Notes: a model not told the origin generated them from the letters alone. A stretch of DNA of 63,963 bases, filler included, from Octopus bimaculoides (GCF_001194135.2; 5 parts of 5 records of this genome joined end to end with filler, not necessarily neighbours in it); one strand, 5' to 3'. Shown: positions 25,395 to 37,480, numbered from the whole stretch's first letter. Program-made: numbers and translations.

Positions 25395-25803
25395 TGCAGG
25401 AGTGGGTGTGTAGTAAGTAGCTTGCTTACCAACCACATGGTTCCGGGTTCATTCCCACTGCGTGACACCTTGGGCAAGTGTCTTCTACTATAGCCTCGGG
25501 CCAACCAAAGCCTTGAGTGGATTTGGTAGACAGAAACTGAAAGAAGCCTGTCATATATATGTACATATGTATGTATGTGTGTATATGTTTGTGTGTCTGT
25601 GTTTGTCCCCCCAACATCTCTTGACAACCGATGCCGGTGTGTTTTCGTCCCGTAACTTAGCGGTTCAACAAAAGAAACCGATAGAATAAGTACGGGGCTT
25701 CCAAAGAATAAGTCCTGAGGTCAATTTGCTCGATTAAAGGCAGTGCTGCAGCATGGCTGCAGTCAAATAACTGAAACAAGTAAAAGAATAAAAAAGTAAA
25801 AGA
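25395..25803 (+). mobile_element. Full-length ~400-bp tRNA/CORE-type SINE with central microsatellite
   Basis: tRNA-like head, GTGACACCTTGGGCAAGT CORE-like motif, (TA)/(TG) spacer, GATAGAATAAGTAC domain, A-rich tail. Confidence 0.9.
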
Positions 25804-26328
25804 CTCAATTACCTACAAACTTGCTCAGACCTACAAATCTGCATGCATGTGCACACAGGTGTATGTATGCATATGTGAACAAGCTCCCAGCCATGAGACT
25901 GATATTGCTATAAAGGATATGAAAGCAGGGAGAGAAGCTCATCTATGAGGATAGTCAATGACATCTTATATATAAATAGCAATTTCTGTCTGTCTGTTAC
26001 CATCTTGTTGCCCAAACAAGGTGAACCAATCTTCATCAAACTTTGTATACATGTTGAACTAACATCCAGTTCAATTATAGGCGAATTGGATTTCAATAAA
26101 AATCGACAATGGAGCGACTATAGGTGTTGGGCTATTACATGATAAAATGAGAGTGGTGCAAAAGTGTTAGGTTCAGGGGAATGTGGCATAATGAGGGTGG
26201 CTGATATCAGGGAAGGGGAGGAAACAGGAAAAGATAAACACAAAGAATGTTAGAGACAAACAGAGAAAACGACAGACAGGGACACTTCCATATACATATA
26301 AAAGTGTGTGTGTGTGTGTGTGTGTGTG

Positions 26329-26359
<31 letters not shown>

Positions 26360-26577
26360 CTCAATGCATAAAATTTGCAATAGAGGAGGTTATACCAAAA
26401 ACACAGTCAGCTGATGTAAGAATCAGTAGGAGAATGTTCAGGGAGTTATTACTTTAGTAAACACCGAAGAGATTTTCTTTTTTCTCTCAGAATGAAGGGT
26501 CAATTGTATGGTGTTTGTGTATGATGCTGCAGGGTAGCAAGACATGGGCTTTGATTGCAGAAGATATGTGAAGACAA

Positions 26578-26866
26578 GGGCATATGACGCAGTGGTTAAG
26601 AGCGCAGGCTACTAACCCCAAGATTCTGAGTTCAATTCCAGGCAGTGACCTGAATAAATAAGAAGAAGAAGAATAACAACAACATCCAAAAATACCTTAG
26701 GAATGAGAACCCAAGTTCGAAATTTCCCCAAGACACCTGATGAAGGCTGGAGGGTATATCAGCCGAAATGTTGTGTTAACAACAGACAAGATGAGGACCA
26801 ATATCCGTCAAATGTAAATAATGTACATAATGTACGATTCCTCATCTCTTACATATAGAACTGGAA
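26578..26866 (+). mobile_element. tRNA-headed SINE carrying a hammerhead-like motif
   Basis: A-box-like TGACGCAGTGG 26585-26595, B-box GTTCAATTCC 26630-26639, (AAG)/(AAC) linker, body with CTGATGA..GAAA. Confidence 0.75.
26732..26777 (+). ncRNA. Putative minimal type-I hammerhead ribozyme
   Basis: Helix I GACAC/GUGUU, core CUGAUGA plus extra A, helix II GGCUG/CAGCC, GAAA, minimal helix III AU-GU, triplet GUU. Confidence 0.6.
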
Positions 26867-28547
26867 TAAATGAAGCAAGCATGCTCTGCTGGATGTATAA
26901 TGTTAGCATGCAAGTGCAATGGCATACAAACAAGCTGAAAGGAAAGTGAGATATAAGAGGAATGAGATATAGTATGCAAGTAAGAAGAGTGTGCTGATAT
27001 AGGACACAATGCATATGTAGAATGACAGCTGTATAAAGGAACGGTAAGTGCTCAAAGCAAAAGAGAGCTGTGAAAGAAGGAGATGGAAGACATGAAACAA
27101 ATTGGAAATAACAAACAGATTTCAATATGCTGAGCCTCCTGAAGGAAACAACAAAGAACCATGACAACTGGCAACATACAGAGCTGGAAAAAAGACCCAC
27201 CCAAAACCATGCAAGAATAGCAAAACAAATGTCAAAATGGTGGCAATGCTGGAGAGCAGATGGTATGATAAATCTCTCACTCATTATGCTCCTAGTCAAT
27301 CTCCATCATGCCTTTTCAATATCCTTTTACCTTTCTCTCTCTCTCTCTCTTTCAGTTAATGTATCATGAAGCCTATATAACAAGAAATGACCTTGGATCA
27401 GTCCATAGTCAATTCCCCTCCTATAGCCATCTTTACTTATCTATCTCTCTCTCTCCTATTTTGGTGTTTGTGCAATATTTCATCAGATTTCTATGTATCC
27501 AATACACTCCACCCTCACCCTTCTATACTTCTAGCCATCATTTCACCCTCAATCACTTACGATTCACATTTATCACTTTCTTACAATCACTCATTTCTAC
27601 AACTATCCACCACTTGCTCACTCACTCACCAGCATGTGTAACAGACACCATTGCCTCTCTTCAATCAGTCTCCACCATCACTTCTTGCCCTTATTGTTTC
27701 TCTCTTCCATTATTCTGCCATAGTATTGTGCCATCCATTACTCCTTCATCTACCACTTTAATTACTGTTTCACCCATTATATACTTAGTTCCTTCACTCA
27801 TCATTCTAGCGTGTCTATCATCACATTCTCTTCTATTCACTCTCTGAGTCATGTTGACTTGAATGACTAAAGAAAATGTAGAGCAGTGAGAAAGGTTTAG
27901 TCTTGCTGTTCACAAGACAACTTCTCATCTGAGGGTGCCACAATAAAATGCACCCAATACACTCTGTAAAGCAGTTGTCTACTTACAGGACAACAATCTC
28001 TCTACTGCTGGTGTCAAAATGAAATGACAAAGATGATCATCACACACATACACACACACATGTACATGCTCACACATGTACCTTTTAATGGTTGGATGGT
28101 TGGATGGTTGGATGGTCAGATGTGAGTGCATGCATGTACTTGTGCATGCGCGTGCGCACACAGTATTACACTTTCCAAAACAAATGATAAAATACATTCA
28201 TGGTTACTGTGATGAGAGTATCAACCAAAGACGAGATGCAATAACTTTTGGGGAAGACTGCCCACTTCAAAAAGGACTCAGGTTAGCAGACTTCTTTCTG
28301 AAGGTGCCATATACAAATCTAGGCAAATAGAATACAAATATTCTTCAGCTCAAGAAGCATATCAGATAAAAACATTTGCAAATGTATTTCATATGCAAGA
28401 AGCAAAACAGATATGAAGATCTATAAATCTTGAATGGACAATGCCAAGACAATATCCTGTTTTAGTTAGTCTGTCAATGTAAATTATTAGCATATAATGA
28501 TCAGTTGGCATTAAATTTTCTATTCACTGCAAAAGTATTGCATTCAT

Positions 28548-28712
28548 AGGCACAGGAGTGGCTGTGTGATAAGTAGCTTGCTTACCAACCACATGGTTCC
28601 AGGTTCAGTCCCACTGCATGGCACCTTGAGCAAGTGTCTTCTGCTATAGCCTCAGGCTGACCAAAGCCTTGTGAGTGGATTTGGTAGACGGAAACTGAAA
28701 GAAGCCAATCGC
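28548..28712 (+). mobile_element. tRNA/CORE-type SINE 5' half (runs into gap)
   Basis: Close match to the family. Confidence 0.9.
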
Positions 28713-28840
28713 ANNNNNNNNNNNNNNNNNNNNNNNNNNNNNNNNNNNNNNNNNNNNTTAATTAATTAANNNNNNNNNNNNNNNNNNNNNNNNNNNNNNN
28801 NNNNNNNNNNNNNCATATACGTATGTATATATGCATATAA

Positions 28841-28871
<31 letters not shown>

Positions 28872-29304
28872 GAGAAAGAGAGAAAGTGAGAAAGAGAGTG
28901 AGAGAGGTTGATAGATAGATAGATAGATAGATAAGATATGATTAGATAAAAATAAACAGAGCAAACAAGAAAGCATGTAAAAGACCTAAAGAAAATTCAT
29001 TATATTTTCTTATAGTATAAGAACCAGCATGTGTCAGTCGCAGTTCTGTTTTTATAGTTTTATGTTGTTTCTGACAAGTGGTTAATGTTATAGTAATTGA
29101 AGCACTGACACTAAGACGATAATAGTAGGTGGTTGGTAGTAGAGGATGGATGTGGTAGCGTTATGGTGATGCTGATGCTGATGATATATTTGTTGGTAGC
29201 GATGGCAGTAGAGTAGCAAAATAGTAGATGTCGTGGCGGTAGCATGGGGGTTATCTCCGTCTTGTATATCACGTGATACGAAGGACATATTCTTATGCGG
29301 TCCA

Positions 29305-29498
29305 TACATCATATATTCTTGTATTCTTTTACTTGTTTCAGTCATTTGACTGCAGCCATGCTGGAGCACCACCTTTAGTCGAAGAAATCGACCCGAGGAC
29401 TTATTCTTTGTAAGCCTAGTACTTATTCGATAGGNNNNNNNNNNNNNNNNNNNNNNNNNNNNNNNNNNNNNNNNNNNNNNNNNNNNNNNNNNNNNNNN

Positions 29499-29533
<35 letters not shown>

Positions 29534-29715
29534 TACATACATACATACATACATACATACATACATACATACATACGATGGGCTTCTTTCTGTTTCCGTC
29601 TACCAAGTCCTCTCACAAGGCTTTGGTCGATCCGAAACTATAGTACAAGACACTTACCCAAGGAGCCACGCAGTGGGACTGAACCCGTGTGGTTGAGAAG
29701 CAAGCTTTTTACCAC
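29305..29715 (-). mobile_element. Full tRNA/CORE-type SINE with (CATA)/(CA) centre spanning an N gap
   Basis: Both halves present in reverse orientation. Confidence 0.85.
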
Positions 29716-29782
29716 AGAGTAACTTGGGACTCATGAAAGGAAAGCTTTATATTAGTCAGAACGTATGACACAAGGGCTAACT

Positions 29783-30292
29783 CAGGGGTTCTCAACCACT
29801 TTTAGCTATGAACCCCCTTGATTACTATTCTATTCTGATAGACCCGCATAGCCATTAGATCTTTCAAAACTAGTTTCATAGATTGTTCTTTCAAAATTCC
29901 TATTTTGTTTTTTCACACATTACATTGTGTAGGTTGAACTATGTAAAATTTTAGAGAAAGAAACCTTGCTGTTTCTTGCAATATATACCAATACATATAT
30001 CTAAAGCGAATTTTTTTCAGAGGGCCCTTAAAATGCTATTGTGGATCTCTACTTTACTATTTTGTTGCATGGATTCCTAAAGATCTGATATGAATCGTCA
30101 GGGGCCATATGGACCCGGTTGAAATTTATATGCTTCCTGCAATACATATCAACACATACATCTAAAGCAAAATTTTCCCAGGGGCTCTTAAAATGCTATT
30201 GTGGATCTCCAATTTACTATTTTGTTGCACGGACTCCCAAAAATCTTATATGGACCCTCAGGGGCCATATGGACCCCGGTTGGGAACCACTG
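29783..30292. mobile_element. hAT MITE with 8-bp TSD and duplicated right subterminus
   Basis: TIRs CAGGGGTTCTCAACC / CAGTGGTTCCCAACC; TSD GGCTAACT / GGCTAACC. Confidence 0.9.
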
Positions 30293-30341
30293 GGCTAACC
30301 TAAAGTCTGAAAACAAGTATAGATGTTTAGGACATACTTAC

Positions 30342-30480
30342 GAAAATACTTTGGACAGGCAAAGGCTTAATAGAAGCGGTATTGGTAATGGTGATGGTGG
30401 TGGTGGTGTGTTGAGTGCCAAAGAATAGTGAGGTGTTTTCTCTTTTTAGTGCGCTGGCTAACAGCGAGACCTACTGATGA
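30342..30480 (-). other. Candidate non-coding first exon of the left-hand minus-strand gene (5' end approximate)
   Basis: Consensus donor TTC|GTAAGT at 30341; unique sequence; lies at the apparent CpG transition. Confidence 0.35.
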
Positions 30481-30540
30481 GAACTAAGGGAAATATCTCA
30501 ACGTTCGAAATTACGTGATATAAGTATATATATGTGATCC
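30481..30540. promoter_or_regulatory. Candidate bidirectional promoter
   Basis: Short unique CpG-containing interval between two outward-facing GTAAGT donors. Confidence 0.3.
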
Positions 30541-30561
30541 TCATTTGCGACTTCAGCCGCA

Positions 30562-30564
30562 ATG
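30562..30564 (+). CDS. Candidate ATG-only first coding exon
   Basis: GCCGCAATG|GTAAGT: good Kozak context directly followed by a consensus donor. Confidence 0.35.
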
Positions 30565-30668
30565 GTAAGTTAAATTTTGCTCATCCCTCGACTTTTGTCA
30601 GACTGTTGTATTTTCAGTGAAATGATGGCTTATTTGGGATATATATACATATATATATATATCCACAG

Positions 30669-30734
30669 TTCGATGGAGGCTACGCAGGTCGAACCTTCGA
30701 AGTCACTGTCAATACTATTCTTGTTAAAGAAAAA
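30669..30734 (+). CDS. Candidate second exon FDGGYAGRTFEVTVNTILVKEK
   Basis: tccacag| acceptor, AAA|GTAAAT donor, phase 0-0 in frame with ATG at 30562. Confidence 0.25.
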
Positions 30735-32567
30735 GTAAATATGTATTCTATTAAAGGTAGTGAGTGATCCTTCAGTTTAATGTAGAATGTTTTTATTATA
30801 GATCTACATAAAGATACACACACACAAACACACAAACATACACGCACAAATATTGAGACTTAATTTTAAGGTAAATTTAGTTGTTAGTTTTGTTTGGTCG
30901 ATCGACCACATATCTTTCATCGTTATCTTTCATCGTTATCTTTCATCGTTCCATTGTTGATAAAATAAGTACTAATAAAATACTGGTGTCGATATGATTG
31001 ATTGCATTTTCTATGTGTAATATACATTTATACATATATGCATTCGGAGTCTCCATAATGTCTCGGGAGACTATAGATCTGAAAAGTTCCTCTCTATAGG
31101 CACAGTTCTCACCAAAATGTTTTTTTCTTTTTATGTGTGTCTGGAATAAGATCGAACTCAGGAGTTAGGAACAAATCTACATGACAATGTCAGCATGAAA
31201 GGTGTAAGAAGAGGTGCGAGCTTGAATGGAGTAAGAGCAATTAAGCAAGTAGGAACAATACGAAAAATATGTACCTTTTAAGAGCAGGCGATAGAACGAA
31301 ATGTCACTTGAGGGAACATCTACTAATGGAGCCCATAGAGGATAGTTTTTGATTCAGGGGTTTTACGATATCATGCCATCCAGTTTATATACATGTGAAT
31401 ATTACAAATATCAGCATGTACAAACTTCTACGGCAGGGTCCTTCCAATACTCCCTGAGCAACTGTTCCAAGTACTGGACGAGGGACGCTATCACTAGAAA
31501 TATGACCAAATTTTCAAAAACATCGCCCATACTACAACCAGAAAGATATTCTTTAGGTGAATGGGTGGAGGATGCAAATAAAAGATCCCCAGAACTGCTC
31601 TGATGGTTTGCTTTCTATGGTACGGCAATTGGAGTTAAGAGTTGGTTTAAAGAAGCAGCTGAAATTTCCATTACATACCACACAGTCCTTGTTGATTCTA
31701 CATTATCTTGCTTTTTAAGGACTCGAAACAATACATTTTATTGGAGTTAACCATGCCCAGGGAAGAGAGAATGGAAGAGAAGAAGTAACAGGATTTGGTG
31801 GAGGGCTGTTGAACTTCTCTTCGTATTCTCTCGAAAAACAGCTACAAAGATGACCATGTCAACTAGGCTTCAGCTGAGCAGCTCTTGTTGAGAAGATATA
31901 TCTTTAATGAGTAAGTTGAGCTATAAAAATCATTTAGATTAGATTGTCAGGGAATACCCAGTTAAGGTTGATGTCGAGCATGGCATCATTACTCCAACTA
32001 AGCATATCAAGATTCCTGAAAATCACTTTGACATGTCTACCTTGACTCCTGATAAAACAATCTGATCAAATTAAGTTTCTGCGGACATTTCTGTGTCTCG
32101 AAGTTCTACTTACATAAGAAAAACAACTGAAAGATAAGATTACAATTGAAAAAATATTTTGAGATTTCATTTTAACGATTTGATCATATCGTTCCAATAA
32201 TTCATATTCATACATATTGCTCTAATAATTTTTTTCAAACGCTAGCAGTTTTAGGGAGAGGACGAAAGGCAAAGTCGACTTCGGCGAGATTTGAAATCAG
32301 AAAGTTAAGCACCGGAAGAAATGCTACTAAGTATTTTGTCCAGTATGTTCATGCTTCTACAAACTCGCAGCCTAATATCGTTCAATAATATTATGCGTTT
32401 CGTGCTTTTATGTTTGCTTTTTCTTTTTGGTGGAGAGAAAATATGAATACTTCGTACTTTAGTAAAAATAGCTGAACCTCCATAAGATTCCTTTGGTTAC
32501 ACTACCATTGCTGCTGAAATAAATACTTTGTAAGTTGCCTTTTTTTCCCCCCAACACTTCTGTCATT

Positions 32568-32782
32568 GGTTTCAAATTTTGCTACGAGACCAGCAATTTC
32601 GGGGAAGGGGTTAAGTCGATTACATCGGTCCCAGTATTCAACTGGTACTTATTTTATCGACTCCGAAAGGATGAAAAGCAAATTCGACCTCGGTGGAATT
32701 TGAAATCAGAACGTAAAGACGGACGAAAGGACGCTAAGCATTTTGCCTGGTGCGCTAATGATTCTGCCAGTTCGCTGTCTTA
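32568..32782 (-). mobile_element. tRNA-headed SINE with Nin/Deu-like central domain and 15-bp TSD
   Basis: TSD AACACTTCTGTCATT at 32553-32567 and 32783-32797; GAGGTCGAATTTGCTTTTCATCCTTTCGGAGTCGATAAAATAAGTACC; partial sister copy at ~32245-32350. Confidence 0.9.
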
Positions 32783-32999
32783 AACACTTCTGTCATTAAC
32801 AGCCTGAACCATTCGTGGATTAAATATGTTTTAAAACACACAAATCTCAGTCAGTTCCTACATTACTGTTTTAACGAGAGAAAGATGAGTGTGGGAAATC
32901 TCAAAAAAGACAGGATGATCACGGGTGGAATGCTCTTTTTTTTTATCATTGACCTGACCATTTCATCATCGAACATCATCGCCACTAATTCCATCACTA

Positions 33000-33060
33000 C
33001 CACACATGCACCATTACGTCGTCATTATCGTCATCGTTGTCGTTGTCGTTGTCACCATCG

Positions 33061-33103
<43 letters not shown>

Positions 33104-33345
33104 AATCACTATACTATTATCAACTACTGTGACCACCACCAACACCAACACCACGACAACCATCACCACGACTACCACAACCACCCACATTACCGTCATC
33201 ATTGTGGTGGCAATGGCGGTGGTGATGGTGGTAGTGGTGGTGGTGGTGATGGTGGTGGCGGTGGTGGTAGTGATGATGGTGGTGGCGGTGATGGTGATGG
33301 TAATGGTGGTAGTGATGATGATCGTCGTCGTCGCTGTCGTCATTA
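33000..33345. repeat. Mixed trinucleotide tract: (CAT)/(CAC) half followed by (GGT)/(GAT) half
   Basis: Direct. Confidence 0.9.
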
Positions 33346-33419
33346 CTATCGAACTATATACTAAGGACACAAAGTGGACAAGGAAAAAAGTTGTCCTTTC
33401 GGGTTAACTGGCTGCTTTG

Positions 33420-33488
33420 GTGGGTTAGTTGGCTTGTTAGTTGACTGATTGACTGATTGACTGGCTGTCTGTGTCTGTCTGTCTGTCT

Positions 33489-33553
<65 letters not shown>

Positions 33554-33560
33554 GCTGGCA
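33420..33560. repeat. (GACT)/(GTCT)/(GGCT) tetranucleotide series
   Basis: Direct. Confidence 0.9.
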
Positions 33561-33759
33561 ACCAGATTGGTTATTAGGTTTTCGGTGTCTTTATCGATAT
33601 CACCTGTTTCACTGCTTTAAGTTACCCAGTGCCTAAACTAAACAACGAAACAGGCAACATATGTCTCTGCTACTTCCTCAACAATTCGCCCTCTAACCCT
33701 ACCTTCAGCAGCAAATAAGAAAATGATCACATAGTTCACACTAGTGCACTAGCAGCCGA

Positions 33760-34210
33760 CTTCTTCTTGTTCTTCTTCTTGTTCTTCTTCTTCTTGTTCT
33801 TCTTCTTGTTCTTCTTCTTGTTCTTCTTCTTCTCCTTCTCCTCCTCCTCCTCCTCCTCCTCCTCCTCCTTCTTCTTCTTCTTCTTCTTCTTCTCCTCTTC
33901 CTCCTCCTCCTCCTCCTTCTTCTTCTTCTCCTCCTCCTCCTTTTTTTCTTCTTCTTCTTTTTCTTCTTCTCCTCCGCCTCCTCTCCCTTCTTCTTCTTCT
34001 TCTTCTTCTTCTTCTCCTCCTCCTCCTCCTCCTCCTCCCCCGTTTCTTCTTTTTTCTCCTCCTCCGCCTCTTCTGCTTCTTCTTTCTCATCACCATCACC
34101 TCCAATAAAAAAAATAAGAACAACACCATCCTTATCATCATAATCTTCTTCCTCCTTCTCCCCCTCCTTCTCCTTCTCCTTTAACTCCACCGCCGTCGTT
34201 GTCGTTGTTG
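33760..34210. repeat. ~450-bp (CTT)/(CCT) polypyrimidine tract
   Basis: Direct; explains the poly-E/R/K/S ORFs. Confidence 0.95.
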
Positions 34211-34629
34211 CCGCATACAATTATCATTTAAGAACTAGCTTGTTCAGCTGATCAAACAACTGGAACAGTCATCGTTAAAACTGACCGAGGTCCATTGGCT
34301 TTAGCTTTTGACTTTATTCTTTATAATGATGCTATAATGATGTTATAAACATGTTACCGGGCGTAGTGGTATAGGAGATGAAAGTAGTGGCTTGGTTGAT
34401 GGTGATAAATTTGTTGCTGGAAGTGGTGGTGATTAGCAAACACACCAACGTTAAAAACATTTCAGATAGTTTATATACAACGATCTATATCATATGTCCT
34501 TGCAATTTTGGGAGAAAACTGTTAAAAAACTATCACCTTGTTTTATTAATCAAAATTGTACAGAACAAACTTATAAGTGTTTTACATGGATCAAAACAAT
34601 GTTTTACATGGATTAAAACAATGTTTTAC

Positions 34630-36125
34630 ATGGATCAAAACAATGATGAATTTTTAACGTGTTATGGTAGATTTCAACGTGATTATGCTAATCATTGTTT
34701 ATTTCGCCTTATTTCGAAGAACGACTTTCCTTTGACGATTTGTGCTGATAACACACACGGTTCAATGACGTTTAGATTCAGTGATCTGAGAGTAGCTTTG
34801 ACTAAAGAGACACAACCAGGTCTAAATACAGGCATCTCAAAGTCATCCCCCTATGTTATTGAATCGTATGTGTTGTCAGCACACATATCATCCGAAGAAA
34901 AATGTTGGGATCTAGTTCAAAACGGGGGCACCAGTTTTCATTTATGTTTTATGTAGTGTTTTTGGTACCGAAAGACTTTCAAACTTCGTATACTTATCTA
35001 TTTTGTGTTATAGAACAGAAAAAAAATTTTGTATTCGGAGTTATTTCATGTAAAAAATTGTCCTATTTCGATAATTTCAACCAATCACTGACAAGTATTC
35101 AGCTGTTTACACTTACTCCTTTGGCAGTTTAAGCGGTGTAAAGCGTATTTAATCTCCATTTATAATTTCGTTAACATCTGCCTGAACTGTATGTGTACAA
35201 NNNNNNNNNNNNNNNNNNNNNNNNNNNNNNNNNNNNNNNNNNNNNNNNNNNNNNNNNNNNNNNNNNNNNNNNNNNNNNNNNNNNNNNNNNNNNNNNNNNN
35301 NNNNNNNNNNNNNNNNNNNNNNNNNNNNNNNNNNNNNNNNNNNNNNNNNNNNNNNNNNNNNNNTTTTGACAAGGAAATAATAATTTTATCACCGCCAGAA
35401 TCGTTTGAGAATCGTTTGTTTACGTAGTCAGCACTTACTGTATTCGACTGAATGGACGTCAGTCATTGGTTGAAATTACAGAAATACGACAACTTTAACA
35501 TGAAATAACTTGCGATGTACGTTTTTTTGTTAAGAAGACTAAGAGAAAAAGATGTTTAATATGACACATTCTACCAGTGTCCCAAGTTTCAAAGTGTTTC
35601 GTTAAGAAAATACTGGTTCCCCCGTTTTGAACTAGATCCAAATGTTGTACTGATTTTCTAACGCTTTAAATCATATCTTTAAAATCATCACTTGCATCGT
35701 TTATGTACTAGTGTAAAGGATCATCTGAAGTAATTTATGTATAGTTCTGTCCATGGAATAATGATATGTTCATTTTTAACATGATGCGATAGATTTCACC
35801 ATGACTGTACGAATACAGATGTTATATCTCACCTTCGGATAACAACTTTTCCCTTCAGACAATGTGTGTGTTGACAATATACATGATTCAATAACGTAAG
35901 AAGACTTTGAAACACTGGCGCTCACACTTGATTGTTTCTCTTTAGTCAAAGTTACTCCTGGCATCATTGAATCTAAACGCCATTGAATCATGTGTGGTGT
36001 CAATACATATTGTATGAAGAAAGAAGCTGTTCTCCCATGGTGAAATACACCAGTAATTAAAATATTCGCGTTGAAATTTGCCTAAACGTGTTAAGAATGA
36101 TTGCACTCATCATTGTTTTGACTCT
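34630..36125. repeat. Older fold-back element with ~270-bp diverged inverted arms (34630-34900, 35845-36125)
   Basis: GTTTAGATTCAGTGAT..CTTTGACTAAAGAGA..GTTATTGAATC recurs inverted at 35880-36000. Confidence 0.7.
34908..35639. mobile_element. Non-autonomous DNA transposon with perfect 8-bp TSD (Merlin- or MULE-like), N gap in centre
   Basis: TIR GGATCTAGTTCAAAACGGGGG-ACCAGT at both ends; TSD AAATGTTG at 34900-34907 and 35640-35647; long imperfect inverted subtermini. Confidence 0.85.
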
Positions 36126-36734
36126 GGCTGCTTTACGTCTCATAATAATTTATTATCTTCATAGAGTGCTTTACATACAATCTTCGTCGTTTCCTGGTTT
36201 GGATGAATCCGTAAAATGACAGTCAATCGTTACTGTTCTGTTTTTGTAAACCTTAACATTTCTTGAGTACTTTTGTGAAAGAGCATGAACATTTCGTTGA
36301 ATTGAATGACAATAGATATAAATGAAAACATATGCTCTGGTTACAAATCTTGTCAATTCTGAATCAATTCATTCCCGTTATTTAGCTTTTCAGCAAGTTA
36401 AGTTATTAAACGCTAAAAGATTACGTGACTTTTTGTTCCAGACAACAATAAGGTCAGCGGTGTTTGTACTTGGTAGGGATGCGTGTCTTATAAAATTCTT
36501 CAGTCAATATTATTTGAAAATACGTAGTACAATCTACGTGATGTCAATGTGTGCAGATGTGCATGTGTGTGTGTGTGTATGTATGAATGTATAGATGTAC
36601 GTACGTATGTGCATATGTATGTATGTATGTATGTATGCATGCATGTATGTATGTATGTATGTATGTATGTATGTATGTATGTGTGTGTGTATATAGGTGT
36701 ATCACTTTCTCATCATCTATCTATCTATCTATCT

Positions 36735-36797
<63 letters not shown>

Positions 36798-37480
36798 NNN
36801 NNNNNNNNNNNNNNNNNNNNNNNNNNNNNNNNNNNNNNNNNNNNNNNNNNNNNNNNNNNNNNNNNNNNNNNNNNNNNNNNNNNNNNNNNNNNNNNNNNNN
36901 NNNNNNNNNNNNNNNNNNNNNNNNNNNNNNNNNNNNNNNNNNNNNNNNNNNNNNNNNNNNNNNNNNNNNNNNNNNNNNNNNNNNNNNNNNNNNNNNNNNN
37001 NNNNNNNNNNNNNNNNNNNNNNNNNNNNNNNNNNNNNNNNNNNNNNNNNNNNNNNNNNNNNNNNNNNNNNNNNNNNNNNNNNNNNNNNNNNNNNNNNNNN
37101 NNNNNNNNNNNNNNNNNNNNNNNNNNNNNNNNNNNNNNNNNNNNNNNNNNNNNNNNNNNNNNNNNNNNNNNNNNNNNNNNNNNNNNNNNNNNNNNNNNNN
37201 NNNNNNNNNNNNNNNNNNNNNNNNNNNNNNNNNNNNNNNNNNNNNNNNNNNNNNNNNNNNNNNNNNNNNNNNNNNNNNNNNNNNNNNNNNNNNNNNNNNN
37301 NNNNNNNNNNNNNNNNNNNNNNNNNNNNNNNNNNNNNNNNNNNNNNNNNNNNNNNNNNNNNNNNNNNNNNNNNNNNNNNNNNNNNNNNNNNNNNNNNNNN
37401 NNNNNNNNNNNNNNNNNNNNNNNNNNNNNNNNNNNNNNNNNNNNNNNNNNNNNNNNNNNNNNNNNNNNNNNNNNNNNNNN

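Larger units (their letters stand above)
26380..27120 (+). mobile_element. RTE LINE 3' ORF relic, interrupted by the SINE at 26578-26866
   Basis: SLRMKGQLYGVCV..GSKTWALIAEDM before the SINE continues as NEASMLCWMYNVS..DIRGMRYSMQVRR after it. Confidence 0.7.

Noticed and set aside
26578-26645. tRNA-like sequences at SINE heads (also 63095-63168 and others)
   Set aside because: Broken anticodon and acceptor stems, no T-run terminator, fused to SINE bodies; not tRNA genes
28758-28769. TTAATTAATTAA between N runs (also 55463-55474, 56978-56989, 59367-59378)
   Set aside because: Identical 12-mer isolated inside gaps, with stops in all six frames: an artificial assembly spacer
30474-30500. CTGATGA...GAAA near the candidate promoter
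   Set aside because: No helix II pairing (G at 11.1) and no helix I; chance match
32885-34220. His-, Val-, Glu-, Arg-, Ser-rich ORFs
   Set aside because: Trinucleotide repeats are open in most frames; no splice or start context
34580-34645. Short tandem triplications (21 bp here; 13 bp at ~30912-30950; 11 bp at ~46420-46455)
   Set aside because: Ordinary local slippage with no notable motif
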